From Octopus vulgaris (taxonomy: Eukaryota), in the NCBI GenBank assembly GCA_951406725.2, contig OX597818.1:139004001-139068000 (forward strand): a DNA stretch of 64,000 bases, written 5' to 3'. The notes below the pieces were generated by a model. It worked only from the letters and a program-made list of their open reading frames with translations. It was not told the origin of the DNA and ran no database searches. The position numbers and the translations under genes are program-made. Positions 1-11,789 of this stretch are shown here, piece by piece (the stretch's first letter is position 1; each line of letters begins with the position of its first letter).

Positions 1-104
1 TGGATGGTTTCATACACACAATCACGCACACATACACACACATACACATATATATATATGTACGTGTTTGTGGATGTATGTATAAAGTTATTCAAGGTTA
101 ACTC

Positions 105-135
<31 letters not shown>

Positions 136-504
136 AGAAAGATCTAATGAACCCGAGCAAATTTTTTCCCTCCCCGCAATAAAAATTAAAGCAAAACAAA
201 CAAAAAAAAAATATGAAAACTCTTAACGCCATTAACATTCTTGCTGATGTATAGAATTGCTAATATTTTTGAACCACCAAAAATCTGTATAAAAAGATAA
301 ATAAATAAATAAATAAATTCAACTGAGTTGTGTGTGTAAATCTTTGCAAACGGTCGTCTCCCGTTTCTGTCTTTGTTCTTATCTTTTACTCATTTCAGTC
401 GTTTGACTTTGGCGGTGTTGAAGTTGTGTAGGGTGACACTGTATTGCCTTGAAGAATTTTAGTTGAACGAATCAACCCCAGTATTTTTCTTTATAGGTCG
501 ACTT

Positions 505-895
505 TTTTCTCGGTGGTGGCAGTTGCAGGACGTCCAGGCCCTGGGTCATTTTTAAGACTCTTCTCTCCCCTACTAAATTCAGCTGTCCATTTTTGCACTT
601 GATAAAACTGGGGCATCTTACCTTGAAGTAGCAACTATGTCAGCATGAATGTCTTTGGAGTTATACCTTTTTTCTGTAGGTGCTTGATAACACCAAGATA
701 CCAAATTTTGTCCATTTTCAAGAGAAGTTGTTACTAGTTACTTTTGAAATCTTCTTTGAACAGACAAATGTCACTTTACCTGGAAAGAAACAAATAAGTT
801 ATTAATCAAACGAGTTGAAATTAATGCATGCAAGATTTCACAGTTCTAGTATTACTCTTTCATAATCTGCGTAAGAGCTTTTCAGCGCACCCTCG
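505..895 (-). mobile_element. mariner-type DNA transposon 5' remnant (TIR plus degenerate N-terminal HTH coding region)
   Basis: Minus strand starts TA|CGAGGGTGCGCTGAAAAG. It then reads MDKIWYLGVIKHLQKKGITP..IHADIVAT..DAP...DPGPGRPATAT with frameshifts and stops, resembling the mariner transposase N-terminus. Confidence 0.75.
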
Positions 896-922
896 TATAT
901 ATATATATGTGTGTGTAATGTA

Positions 923-1104
923 TATTTCTTTACTACCCACAAGGAGCTAAACACATAGGGGACAAACAAGGACAGACAAACGGATTAAGTCGATTACATC
1001 GACTCCAGTGCGTATATGGTACTTAATGTATCGACCCCGAAAGGATGAAAGGCAAAGTCGACCTCAGCGGAATTTGAACTCAGAACGTAATGGCAGACGA
1101 AATA
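923..1104 (-). mobile_element. SINE family M copy (tRNA-derived, Meta-domain-like), 5' truncated
   Basis: Contains GAGTTCAAATTCC (B-box-like) and GCCTTTCATCCTTTCGGGGTCGATA..AAGTACC, a motif repeated about 20 times in the window. Confidence 0.85.
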
Positions 1105-2329
1105 ATGTGTGTGTAATGTAACTTTGCCTTTCTCTTGGACAACATCGGTGATATGGAGAGAGGAGACTGGTATGCATGAGCAAATGCTGGTCCTCCACAA
1201 ACAACGCTTGCGGTTCTGTTAACTTCTCAAGGTCTGCATCGGTGAAGGTCTCGTTATCCGCAGGCAAAAACAATTCTAAACGCTGCCTGCTTCCATTTCT
1301 TCAAATCCCACGCCGTGTGTCATATATACAAGGCTGTCTCTGATTGAAACTGCTTTGTCCTCAGCACTGATGTTTCTCATTAATCATTTCCTTGCCCCTT
1401 AGGATATAGTAGCAAAATTGTATTAGATGGAATGAAAACAACTTCAAATTAATAGAGACTTAAAAAGATGGCCAGCAGCGTAGCATAAGACCAGAATTAT
1501 TCCAAACTTCCCTTCTCACCATAACGTTTAAAAACCAAATAGTAATATTCAATGGACCATTCGATAAAAAGAAAATTCCAGTGTAACTTTGTTTGTTGTT
1601 TTAACTTGTCAAATAAACTGAAAACGTTAAATTTCGAGTGACATTGAGCCCACATACGTCTAAATACTTTTAAAAAATTTCTCCATATGTTCTGGATTTT
1701 ACTATGTGAATGTGTTAGTTTAGAAGAGTTAACACTCAATTTTAAGTGGCAATTTTTGTCAGATTCATTCATTATCGTTTTTAAAGATAACAATACAAGT
1801 CTCAGTAATTCTGCAAAGGCACTTATTTTCTCATCCTTCTACTCTTTTTATTATCTTTAGATTGGTATCTAATGATATTGATTTTCGCCTACGTGAAATG
1901 ATGGGATAGCAAAAGTATTTTAAGTAATTACGAAACTGCTACACAATTGGCTTGGTGCAAAACGAGCAAACCTCATGGAATTCAAAAGCAAACCAAGTCT
2001 GACTAAAATGGCTTTTATGTGAATTATTGCAGCAATGAGATGGTTCATTATAAAATGGTTCAAATATAGGCTAAAAAGTTTGGAGATAGCTATGCACCGA
2101 CAACGTTATTCTGTGGCACTGGCTGTTAACTTGCGACAATATCAAGTTAATGAGGCTTCATGTAAATGGGTAATAAAAAACAAGGCTATTACGTCTGTCT
2201 CTCTGTCTCTGCCTCTCTGTCGCTGCCTGTCTATATCATCGGATGTTCTTATACACCGCTGGTCACAATGCCCTTCAATTCTTCCTTGATTGTGTCCTTT
2301 CCCATCTTGACCCAAATTGTTTAATTAAA

Positions 2330-2750
2330 TTATCTATTCATCGTCGTGGATGCCTTCCAAAAAGCTTTTTCTGATCTCTTGGATACTGCTCGGTACCTGC
2401 ATAATTCCAAAAGGTTGCCTCTGAACCTTGCAAAATATACGACCCAGCGGAACTTGTGCTTTCGGTACTCTGCAATTATGCCGTTTACTGCGCTCCGTCC
2501 TAGAGTCACCTCATTTCAGATAAACTGTCGCAATGATATCCCTACCACGGAACTTTCCATGGTCCTTCGCGTCGTAGCTCATCCCCAACGCTTTTCGTAA
2601 AAGTTCACGTTTCACTTGCATATAAGAGTGCAAGTAGGACGATACTATTGAAGAGATTGGTATGTAGGATCTTGTCCGGCTTCGCTTTTATCGAAGAAAA
2701 CGTCTTCCATCCTGCCTTTGTGCTCCTCAAGATTTCAGCGTCCATGTTTT
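2330..2750 (-). mobile_element. RTE-clade LINE 3' ORF remnant
   Basis: Minus-strand peptide pieces MDAEILRSTKAGWKTF, NLFNSIVLLALLYASET* and AEYRKHKFRWV match the RTE post-RT region; interrupted by stops and frameshifts. Confidence 0.7.
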
Positions 2751-2772
2751 GGCGCATATTCACTAATATATA

Positions 2773-2998
2773 CGAAGAGGTGCTGAAAAGTTCTTAGCTT
2801 TGGGTAAAAGAAAATACAGGAGGATCAGTTAATTTTGATTTTTTTTTTTTCATTTAACATATTCCCCTCTCTGAGTCACGCACTTATTGCAGCAGTCCTT
2901 TAGTTTTTCTGAGCCCTGTAAAAGAACGCGGAAGTTTGAGCCTCCAACCAGGCCTTTCGCGACACCCTTAAAGCCAGGAACTTTTCAGCCCCCCTTCG
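2773..2998. mobile_element. mariner-family MITE (copy 1)
   Basis: TIRs TA|CGAAGAGGTGCTGAAAAGTTCTTAGCTTT ... AAAGCCAGGAACTTTTCAGCCCCCCTTCG. A second copy lies in opposite orientation at 42478-42682. Confidence 0.8.
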
Positions 2999-3015
2999 TG
3001 TGTGTGTGTGTGTGT

Positions 3016-3073
<58 letters not shown>

Positions 3074-3734
3074 CAAAATGGGACAAGAACGCAAAACATC
3101 CAAATAGACGATACAAAAAAACACGGACAGGTCATTCGAAGCCTTTAATCTTCAGTCATGAACTGGATCATCCTCGCAATTTCGGCTGATTAATCTTGAG
3201 ATTGCCCCAATCTGGCCAGCCCCAAGGAAAAACTACGCTATACATACACACACACCGTTTAGTCATAAATAACAGCAAACATTTACTATAGAAAGGAGTC
3301 AAACGTTATTTACGCGTATGCACACATCTATATATACAAATACATAGTCAAGCGTGCACGTTCTCTCTCTCTTGTACACACACACACACACACACACACA
3401 GTTTGACTATGACCTTTTTTGAAGTTCCACCTTTACGAGACTTACTTATTCAGTCTGAATATAACTTCGGGTGGTGAAATTTGAAACCTAGTGGAGACCT
3501 GACAAATTTCAACCGTTTACATTAGCAGCTTTATCCGTTCAAGCGATAAAGTGAGTAAATTTGTTCTGGTTCGTTTGAAGCATTGAGAAATTTAGGCCAT
3601 GGATGTCAAACTCGTTTGGCTTTGCGGGCCAGATTGAAAATATAAACTAGATCTCGCGAGCATGATAGGAGCAAAGTATTCTTAAAATCCACATTAATAA
3701 GATAGGCTAAGGTAATTGGATAAAGTGACCAATA

Positions 3735-3901
3735 GGCGCAGGAGTGGCTGTGTGGTAAGTAGCTTGCTTACCAACCACACTGTTCCGGGTTCAGTCCCAC
3801 TGCGTGGCACCTTGGGAAAGTGTCTTCTACTATAACCTCAGGCCGACCAAAGCCTTGTGAGTGGATTTGGTAGACGGAAGCTGAAAGAAGCATGTCGTTA
3901 C

Positions 3902-3949
<48 letters not shown>

Positions 3950-4143
3950 TTGTGTTTGTACCGCCAACATCGCTTGACAACCGATGCTGGCATGTTTACG
4001 TCCCCGTTACTTAGCGGTTCGGCAAAAGAGACCGATAGAATGAGTACTAGGCTTACAAAGAATAAGTCCTGGGGTCGATTTGCTCGACTAAAAATGCGGT
4101 GTTCCAGCATGGCCGCAGTCAAATGACTGAAACATAAAAGAGT
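3735..4143 (+). mobile_element. SINE family A, full length (tRNA head, CORE-like segment, internal TA/TG microsatellite, AAAAGAGT tail)
   Basis: A-box TGGCTGTGTGG, B-box GGTTCAGTCCC and ACCTTGGGAAAGTG. Near-identical copies at 22138, 31737, 33915 and 34637. Confidence 0.9.
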
Positions 4144-4162
4144 AATATATATTATAACAACA

Positions 4163-4372
4163 GGCGGCGAGCTGGCAGAATCGTTAGCACGTCGGGCGAA
4201 ATTCTTAGCGATATTTCTCCCGTCTGTACGTTCTGGGTTCAAATTCAGCCGCGGTCGACTTTATCTTTTCGGAGTCGATTAAATAGGTACTAGTTGAATA
4301 CTGGGGGATCGATGTAATCGATAATAACCGCTACCCCGAAATTTCTGGCATGGTAGCAAAATTTAAAACCAA
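4163..4372 (+). mobile_element. SINE family M copy (older tail variant)
   Basis: GGCGGCGAGCTGGCAGAATCGTTAGC head and GGTTCAAATTC. Confidence 0.8.
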
Positions 4373-5031
4373 TATATATTAAAACAATTTCAGTAACAGA
4401 AAAAAAGTAAGATTGTAAAGGGTTATCCTTTATCTTTTACTTGCTTCAGTCGTTGAACTGCGCCTATGCTGGAGCACCGCCTTGAAAGTTTTAGTCGGAC
4501 AAGTCAATCCAAATATCTATTCTATCGGTATCCTTTACCGAATTGCTATGTTAGGGAGAGCGTAAAGGAACTAACAGCGGTTGTAGGGGCAAAAACAAAA
4601 CAAATACAAACGCGCAAACCTACATATACAACGGACTTCTTTCAGTTTTTGGAGTTTCGAAGTTATAGTGAAAGATACTTGTCCAAGATACCTCGCAATG
4701 GAACTTTAACTTCAAGCAAACTTCTTACCAGAAAGCCACGCTTACGTCTGTCTTAGCAAAGTGTGTGTGTGAAGAAACGTTTGGGAAAGATTTATCCACG
4801 TGCAATGTACTCTCTTATTAATTACGAGTCTTTAGAGCGTGAACCGAGAGGAAAATTGTTCGAATGAATGCATACAGGTTCTTGAAGCGGCTGTTGATGT
4901 TGCTATTGTTGTTGTTACTTTTGTTGCTGTTGCTACAGCTGCTGCTTCTACTGTTGTTGGTATTACTTCTGTTGTGATGTTGTATAAGGAGAATTGTTGA
5001 CTGCGAACGAAAAATTCACATTAGAAATTAC

Positions 5032-5195
5032 TTTCTGCCGTCCTTTCTCGCTGTCCGACCGGAAAAGAGGAAAGTGTTGAAACCATATTGGAAGTTCTGT
5101 TAAAACTTTTCCCATGTAACAAAATGGTAGACCAGTCCCCTGTGGTTTTGGTCGGCTTAACCAGTTAAAACAATGAAATTCACAAATGCAACCTT
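5032..5195 (-). CDS. candidate internal coding exon of an unidentified gene (xGCICEFHCFNWLSRPKPQGTGLPFCYMGKVLTELPIWFQHFPLFRSDSEKGRQK)
   Basis: Acceptor ttgttttcctttgcag| and donor AAA|gtaatt. Length 164 nt with exactly one open frame (phase 1 to phase 0). High-complexity peptide, not repeat-like. Confidence 0.6.
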
Positions 5196-5280
5196 CTGCA
5201 AAGGAAAACAAGGCACAAACTTACAGAGACTTGAAAATACGTTCAGCTATGACGGTGAACAACAACAACAACAGCAAGAG

Positions 5281-5462
5281 GGGAGGCCCAATGGCCCAGC
5301 GGACTCGCGGTCGTAAGAACGCAGTTTCGATTCCCAGACGGGGCATTGTGAGTGTTTATTGAGCAAAAACACCTAAGTTCCACGAGGCTCCGCGGGGGAG
5401 GGTGGTGAACCCCGCTGTACTCTTTCACCACAATTTTCTCTCACTCTTTCTTCCTACTTCTG
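5281..5462 (+). mobile_element. SINE family B 5' part
   Basis: Matches the head of the full-length copy at 52976-53364. Confidence 0.8.
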
Positions 5463-6147
5463 CCACAAAGCAGAGGAACCATAGTGTAACCCACTATGGT
5501 GTGGTAAACTTTCAGACCCTAGTCTAGATTGCGAATCCTCTGTACCCCTGGATGGTTCAGCTCTCCACCCGTTAAAAGCCATCGTTTACGGAATGAGGAT
5601 AACAACGTAGCTTTCGCGCCCGTGCAACCGCCAGTCTATCGCGTGTGGATCTTCAAGTTGCCACACGCATTCTTAGTACCTTAGAGTAAGCTCGAATTAG
5701 AGATTATTCTTTGTGGCTGATTGCGTCAGTCCTGATTGGAAGAAGAAGAACAACAACAACAGCAAGAATAGAGCAAGGCCAGCAAACTGAGGGAAAAGTT
5801 TAGTCAATATAATCAATTCCTGCACTTGACTGATGCTATATTTTATCGACACCGAAAAGATAAAAGGCAAAGTTGACCCAGGTACGATTTAGACTCGTAA
5901 CGTAAAGAACCGGCGAAACATTGCTAAGCATTTTGTTCGGTATTCTACAAGAAGTACAAGGCCTGAAGTTTGGGGAAGGAGCAGGTCGATTACATGTACT
6001 CCAGAGCTCAACTGTTACTTATGTTATCGACCCCGGAAATTATGAAAGACAAAGTTGGCCTCGACGGAATTTGAACTCAGAACATGAAGCAGGAAGAATT
6101 GCAGCTAAGCAGTTCGTCTAACATGTTAACGATTCTGCTACCTCGAC

Positions 6148-6340
6148 GACCAGATATGTTGGTCCTGTACAAGAAAGATAAAAAAATGTAACACGACTGA
6201 CAGCAATCCACAAAGGCAGGAGTATAAAAAGTAAAAAGGGAGAGAAAGTGACCAACTACAGCGGACTGTGGAAAGAACTGTAAAAGATTTGAAACTCAAC
6301 GGAAATGCAACACCAATTGTAACTGGCGCTTTCGGAATTA
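6148..6340 (+). mobile_element. degenerate restriction-like endonuclease (RLE) segment of an older R4/Dong element
   Basis: RPDMLVLYKKDKK...ATPIVTGAFG parallels RPDIVIK...IIPVVIGALG of the element downstream. Confidence 0.5.
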
Positions 6341-7712
6341 ATATGATCAATTCTTTGGCTTTACCAATAACCACATATAGCTTCGATATCATTAAGTGGA
6401 GTCTCACTACCATGCAGAATATGGATGGAAAGATCCGTAGACTCTTTACAAGGTACCGAATGTACCATCCAAAGTCAGATGTAGACAGGATTTATCTCCC
6501 AAGAGAAATAGGTAGAAGAGGTTTTATACAGCCCAAGCAATCTTTCAAATCAGTAATAATAGGCCGTGAAATGTACGTTTATACAAGTGATGTGCTCTTA
6601 CGAACTGCACTGAAGCATGGAGATTCCAAGCAAGTGTCAGTCATGAAGCTTAGTCAAAAATTTAAAAAGTCTTTTGGCCTACAAGTTAACAATAAAAATG
6701 ATCAAAGACACCCAAATACTGACAGACCTACCATTGCTTCTCCTGATTTAGAAATTAACTATCAGAAAGACCAAAGATATTCAAATAGTGATAAACCTAT
6801 TATTGATGCAAAAATCATCAAACAAAAAGCAAAGAAGGTTTGCATGAATAATATCGAAGACAACTGGAAAGGTAAACTCCTGCATTGAAAATACTCAAAC
6901 CGCCTGTCCAAGCCAGATATTGATCAAAATCTAACTCACTAACGGCTACAAAGGACAGGTCTGAATGATGAGACAGAAGGTTTTGTTATTGCTGCGCAAG
7001 ATCAGAGGTTACTTACCAGAAACTACCAAGCAAACGTCCTTAAAGACGGATCTAACCCCTCGTGCAGAATTTACGGAAAGTTCACAGAGGCAATTGATCA
7101 TGTTGTTTCTGGCTGCCCAGTCCTCGCTGAAAAGGGCAGTACAACCACTGAAATGCTTATAAATACTACAAAATTGAATCCCATGGTAAGTGGTACAGGC
7201 ACCACCCAGAGGACGTAGTAAATCGCGAGGGCGTCACCATCCTTTGGAACTTACCAATACAGACAGAAAAATTGACTCCAACCGACCAGACATTGTGATC
7301 AAGAACTACGACAGAGGAATTTTTTTGTTAATAGATATGTCTGTCCCGCAAGATCAAAATATCTCAAGTACGAAAAGCTTTCTCGCTATAAAGATCTGCA
7401 AATTGAAATCACAAAAATGTGGAAGCTTAGTACTACGATAATACCAGTAGTAATTGGTGCGTTGGGAATGATAGAGAAAGGAGGTGAGAAGTATATTAAG
7501 CAACTGCTTGGTAACTCTAATCTCAGTAGTGAATTTACCTTGAAGGTGACAGCCCGTATACTACGGAAAGCACTCTCCATCTAAAATAGAATAAATGTGG
7601 TGATAATTTTAGCATGCGTTGCAAAACAAAAATACCTTTGCTACTCTTGGCCTACAGAGGATACCCGGTACTAAGGCTGTTGAAGTAAAATTATAATGAA
7701 ATGAAACCATAA
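6340..7712 (+). mobile_element. R4/Dong-clade non-LTR retrotransposon, 5'-truncated and decayed (RT thumb, CCHC knuckle, RLE)
   Basis: YHPKSDVDRIYLPREIGRRG, ETEGFVIAAQDQ, CRIYGKFTEAIDHVVSGC, RPDIVIK..LIDMSVP and YKDLQIEITKMW..IPVVIGALG, with in-frame stops. Ends in (AAC)n(AAT)n. Confidence 0.9.
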
Positions 7713-7713
7713 A

Positions 7714-7738
7714 TAACAACAACAACAACAGCAACAGC

Positions 7739-7833
<95 letters not shown>
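7714..7833 (+). repeat. (AAC)n-(AAT)n microsatellite at the Dong 3' end
   Basis: Directly visible. Confidence 0.95.
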
Positions 7834-7834
<1 letters not shown>

Positions 7835-8413
7835 CCTTTCTACTATAGGCAGAAGGCCTGGAAACTTGATAGGGAGGGAGATAGTCGATTACATCGGCCC
7901 CAGTACTCAAATGATATTTAATTTATCGACCTCGAAAAAATGAAAGGCAAAGTCGATTACAGCAGAATTTGAACCCAGAACAAAAAGGCAGATGGAATAC
8001 CTATTTCTTTACTACCCACACGGGGCTAAACACAGAGAGGACAAACAAGGGCAGACAAACGGATTAAGTCGATTATATCGACCCCAGTGCGTAACTGGTA
8101 CTTATTTAATCGATCCCGAAAGGATGAAAGGCAAAGTCGACCTCGGCGGAATTTGAACCCAGAACATAATGACAGATGGAATACCTATTTCTTTACTACC
8201 AATAAGTAGCTAAACACAGAGAGGACAAACAAGGACAGACAAACGGATTAAGTCGATTATATCGACCCCAGTGTGTAACTGGTACTTAATTTATCGATCC
8301 CGAAAGGATGAAAGGCAAAGTCGACCTCGGCGGAATTTGAACTCAGAACGTAACGGCAGACGAAATACGGCTACGCATTTCGCCCGGCGTGCTAACGTTT
8401 CCGCCAGCTCGCG
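7834..8413 (-). mobile_element. tandem trimer of SINE family M
   Basis: Three consecutive units joined at GAATACCTATTTCTTTACTACC. Confidence 0.85.
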
Positions 8414-8440
8414 CTTCCTGTAATGAACAACAACAACAAC

Positions 8441-8500
<60 letters not shown>

Positions 8501-9373
8501 GGTACATCACACGTATTGAGAAGAGCATTGTCGATGTGAGGACTATTACTACCCATGTATTTTAATTTAACTTAAAAAAAAAAAGAACGAATTATTGAGT
8601 TTAGTTTAATGGCTTACCAATGTATACTATGAGTTTCTTTGCCCTAGGAGTCGGGAAGACACTCGGCAAGAAATGGAAGCAAATTTGAAAGAAGAAAATA
8701 ATAATAATAATAAATATAATGATAATAATAGTGTGAGTGTGCGTGCCTATGTTCACATAAATTCAAACAAATAGATATTTTAGATAGATATGTAGATTAG
8801 CTAGTAGTAAATATATTCCAAAAAGGAAGAAGTGAGAAGAAATAGACATGCCAAAATGTTGAGGACACAGTACTCGAAATAATAATAATAATATATCTGC
8901 AATGCACATATTTCTGAATAGCTGGTGATTAACTATATATCTACGCCCTACCACCGCTTTTACGCTTTTTGTTTTTTTTTGCGTTTCTCTTTTCTTTTTT
9001 TTCTTTTTGGTCGTTAAGAAACTGGCACCAGAGGGCCTTTCATACATTAAAAACTTCTCCAGGAAAAGATAGCTCATGCATGCTTTCATTGTATTATCAC
9101 AATAGTTGGAAGGTACCAGTTGCCAGCAGTTTGTTCGATTTTCAGAGTCTGTCCCACATTAACAAAGAGTTGGGCTTTCTTATCTTTTGTATATATTTTT
9201 TTTGCAACTATAACATCAACAATGAGAGAGAAATGGTGAAGGTGTTGGTGGTGTTGTTGGTGTCTGTGGTGATGGTGGTGGTTGTTGCAACCATTAACCA
9301 TTATTCGAATGGTAATGACAATACTTCTATATTCACTTACATCATATCACACTTGCAGACTCAACTAGGTTAC

Positions 9374-9636
<263 letters not shown>

Positions 9637-10132
9637 CTCCTTTTTTTTTTTTCGTTATGCTTTTTTTTATTTTCGAAAATTCAGCAAAATAATTATCTAC
9701 ATACATGAAGTGATACAGACAGAATTATGTTCACTCATGCATACACAAACATAGACACACACACACACACACACACATGCACACACACACACACACATGC
9801 TTATATGTAGGTATGAACTTATGTATTTTTCTGTTTGTGAATATTTTTATGAATGTATGTGAATATACGTGAATACATACATGTGCGCATACGTAGGTGT
9901 GTGTGTGTGTGTGTGTAGTACATTTAATGATATCCATACATATATGCATAAATAGATATAAAACTCATTTACATATCTACACACGCCAGTTGTAAATCAC
10001 GGATTACGCAACCATTTTAACACCCATCCTCTACACACAGATAGAGGCATACTAGTTTATTGGTTTGAATAATTTCTTTTCGAGGCAATAATTCACATAA
10101 GCAAATCATTAAGAATTGATCAATTGAAAAAA

Positions 10133-10133
10133 A

Positions 10134-10206
<73 letters not shown>

Positions 10207-10224
10207 GTTATTATTATTATTATT
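10133..10224 (+). repeat. (ATT)n microsatellite
   Basis: Directly visible. Confidence 0.95.
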
Positions 10225-10968
10225 ACATTTTTATTATTATTTTGTTATATATATAAGATGGTGAGCTGGTAGAATTGTTAGCGCTCTAGACAAAAATGCT
10301 TTGTGGCATTTCTTCTGACTCTTTACGTTCCGAGTTCAAATTCCGCCGTGGTCATCTTTGCCTTTCACCCTTTTGGGAGCGATAGAGTAAAGCTCCAGTC
10401 AAATTTTGAAGTCGATGTAATCAACTAGCCCCGCATCCCAAATTTCAGGATTTGTGTTTATAGTAAATACGGTTATTATTTAAGGTGGCGAGCAGGCAGA
10501 ATCGTTAGCAGGTAGGGCAAAATTCTTAGCAGTATTTCTTTTGCTTTACGTTCTGAGTTCAAACTACGCAGTGGCCGACTTTACCTTTCAGGGCCAATGG
10601 AATAAGCACCAATTGAGCGTTGGGGATCGATGTAATTGACTTAATCCCTTCTCCTGAAATCATTTACTTTTTGTGTCAGCAAGAAGCCCCGCATATCGCT
10701 CTTGTTTTCTAACTACACTGTTGTAAATGATTTTGTTCTGTGTTGTTGATCAGAAGAAGAAACCATGGCGATGAAATTTTCGATCGGAGTTAATGTTTAG
10801 AATAGCAATCTTGATGCCAGCTTTCCAATCTTAACCCTAGGCAGCCTTCCCCTACACGCCATCACAACTATCAGTGCCGACGCAGCAATACACGGCGATG
10901 GGAACAACATCGTACAACAACAGAAAACAAACGAAAGAATAGATGGCGACAGTGACATCATAACAATC

Positions 10969-11385
10969 TGTTTCTTTATTACCTACAAGGGGCTAAACAC
11001 AGAGGGGACAAACAAGGACAGACAAACGGATTAAGTCGATTACATCGACCCCAGTGCGTAACTGGTTTTTAATTTATCGATCCCGAAAAGGATGAAAGGC
11101 AAAGTCGACCTCGGCGGAATTTGAACTCAGAACGTAACGCCAGACGAAATACGTATTTCTTTACTACCCACAAGGGCTAAACACAGAGGGGCCAAACAAG
11201 GACAGACAAACGGATTAAGTCGATTACATCGATCCCAGTGGGTAACTGGTATTTAATTTATCGACCCCGAAAGGATGAAAGGCAAAGTCGACCTCGGCGG
11301 AATTTGAACTCAGAACGTAACGGCAGACGAAATACGGCTACACATTTCGCCCGGCGTGCTAACGATCCTGCCAGCTCGCCGCCTT
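10969..11385 (-). mobile_element. SINE family M dimer with 16-bp TSD
   Basis: TGACATCATAACAATC at 10953-10968 and 11386-11401 flanks both units. Confidence 0.9.
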
Positions 11386-11789
11386 TGACATCATAACAAT
11401 CATCACGACCACTGTCCCTATAATAAATAGCGGTAACTATAGACAACAATGACGACAACGACAACAATATAGAAGAGTTACAGCAGCAAGAACAACAATG
11501 ATAACAACATCAATAACAACATTAATAATGAGAACGATGAATATAAGTTAATAGCAGCAATAGCACACTTCTCCGCATTAGCACTTCCAATATCTTTAAC
11601 ACGGACACCATTAGCAACACTAATAATGCAGGTTGCAAATCAAGTGTTACAGTGTTCGCTAATGTGATTCAAATACAAGAATCAATTTCTCTATCATTGC
11701 AGGATTCGAAAAGTGCCAAAAATTTCCTAACCAAAACTGGAAGAACGGAGGCCGGCCAGGAATAATTTTCTAACACTCCTAACGAGAGA

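Noticed and set aside
1380-2180. Possible decayed hAT transposase
   Set aside because: No convincing motif could be read in any frame.
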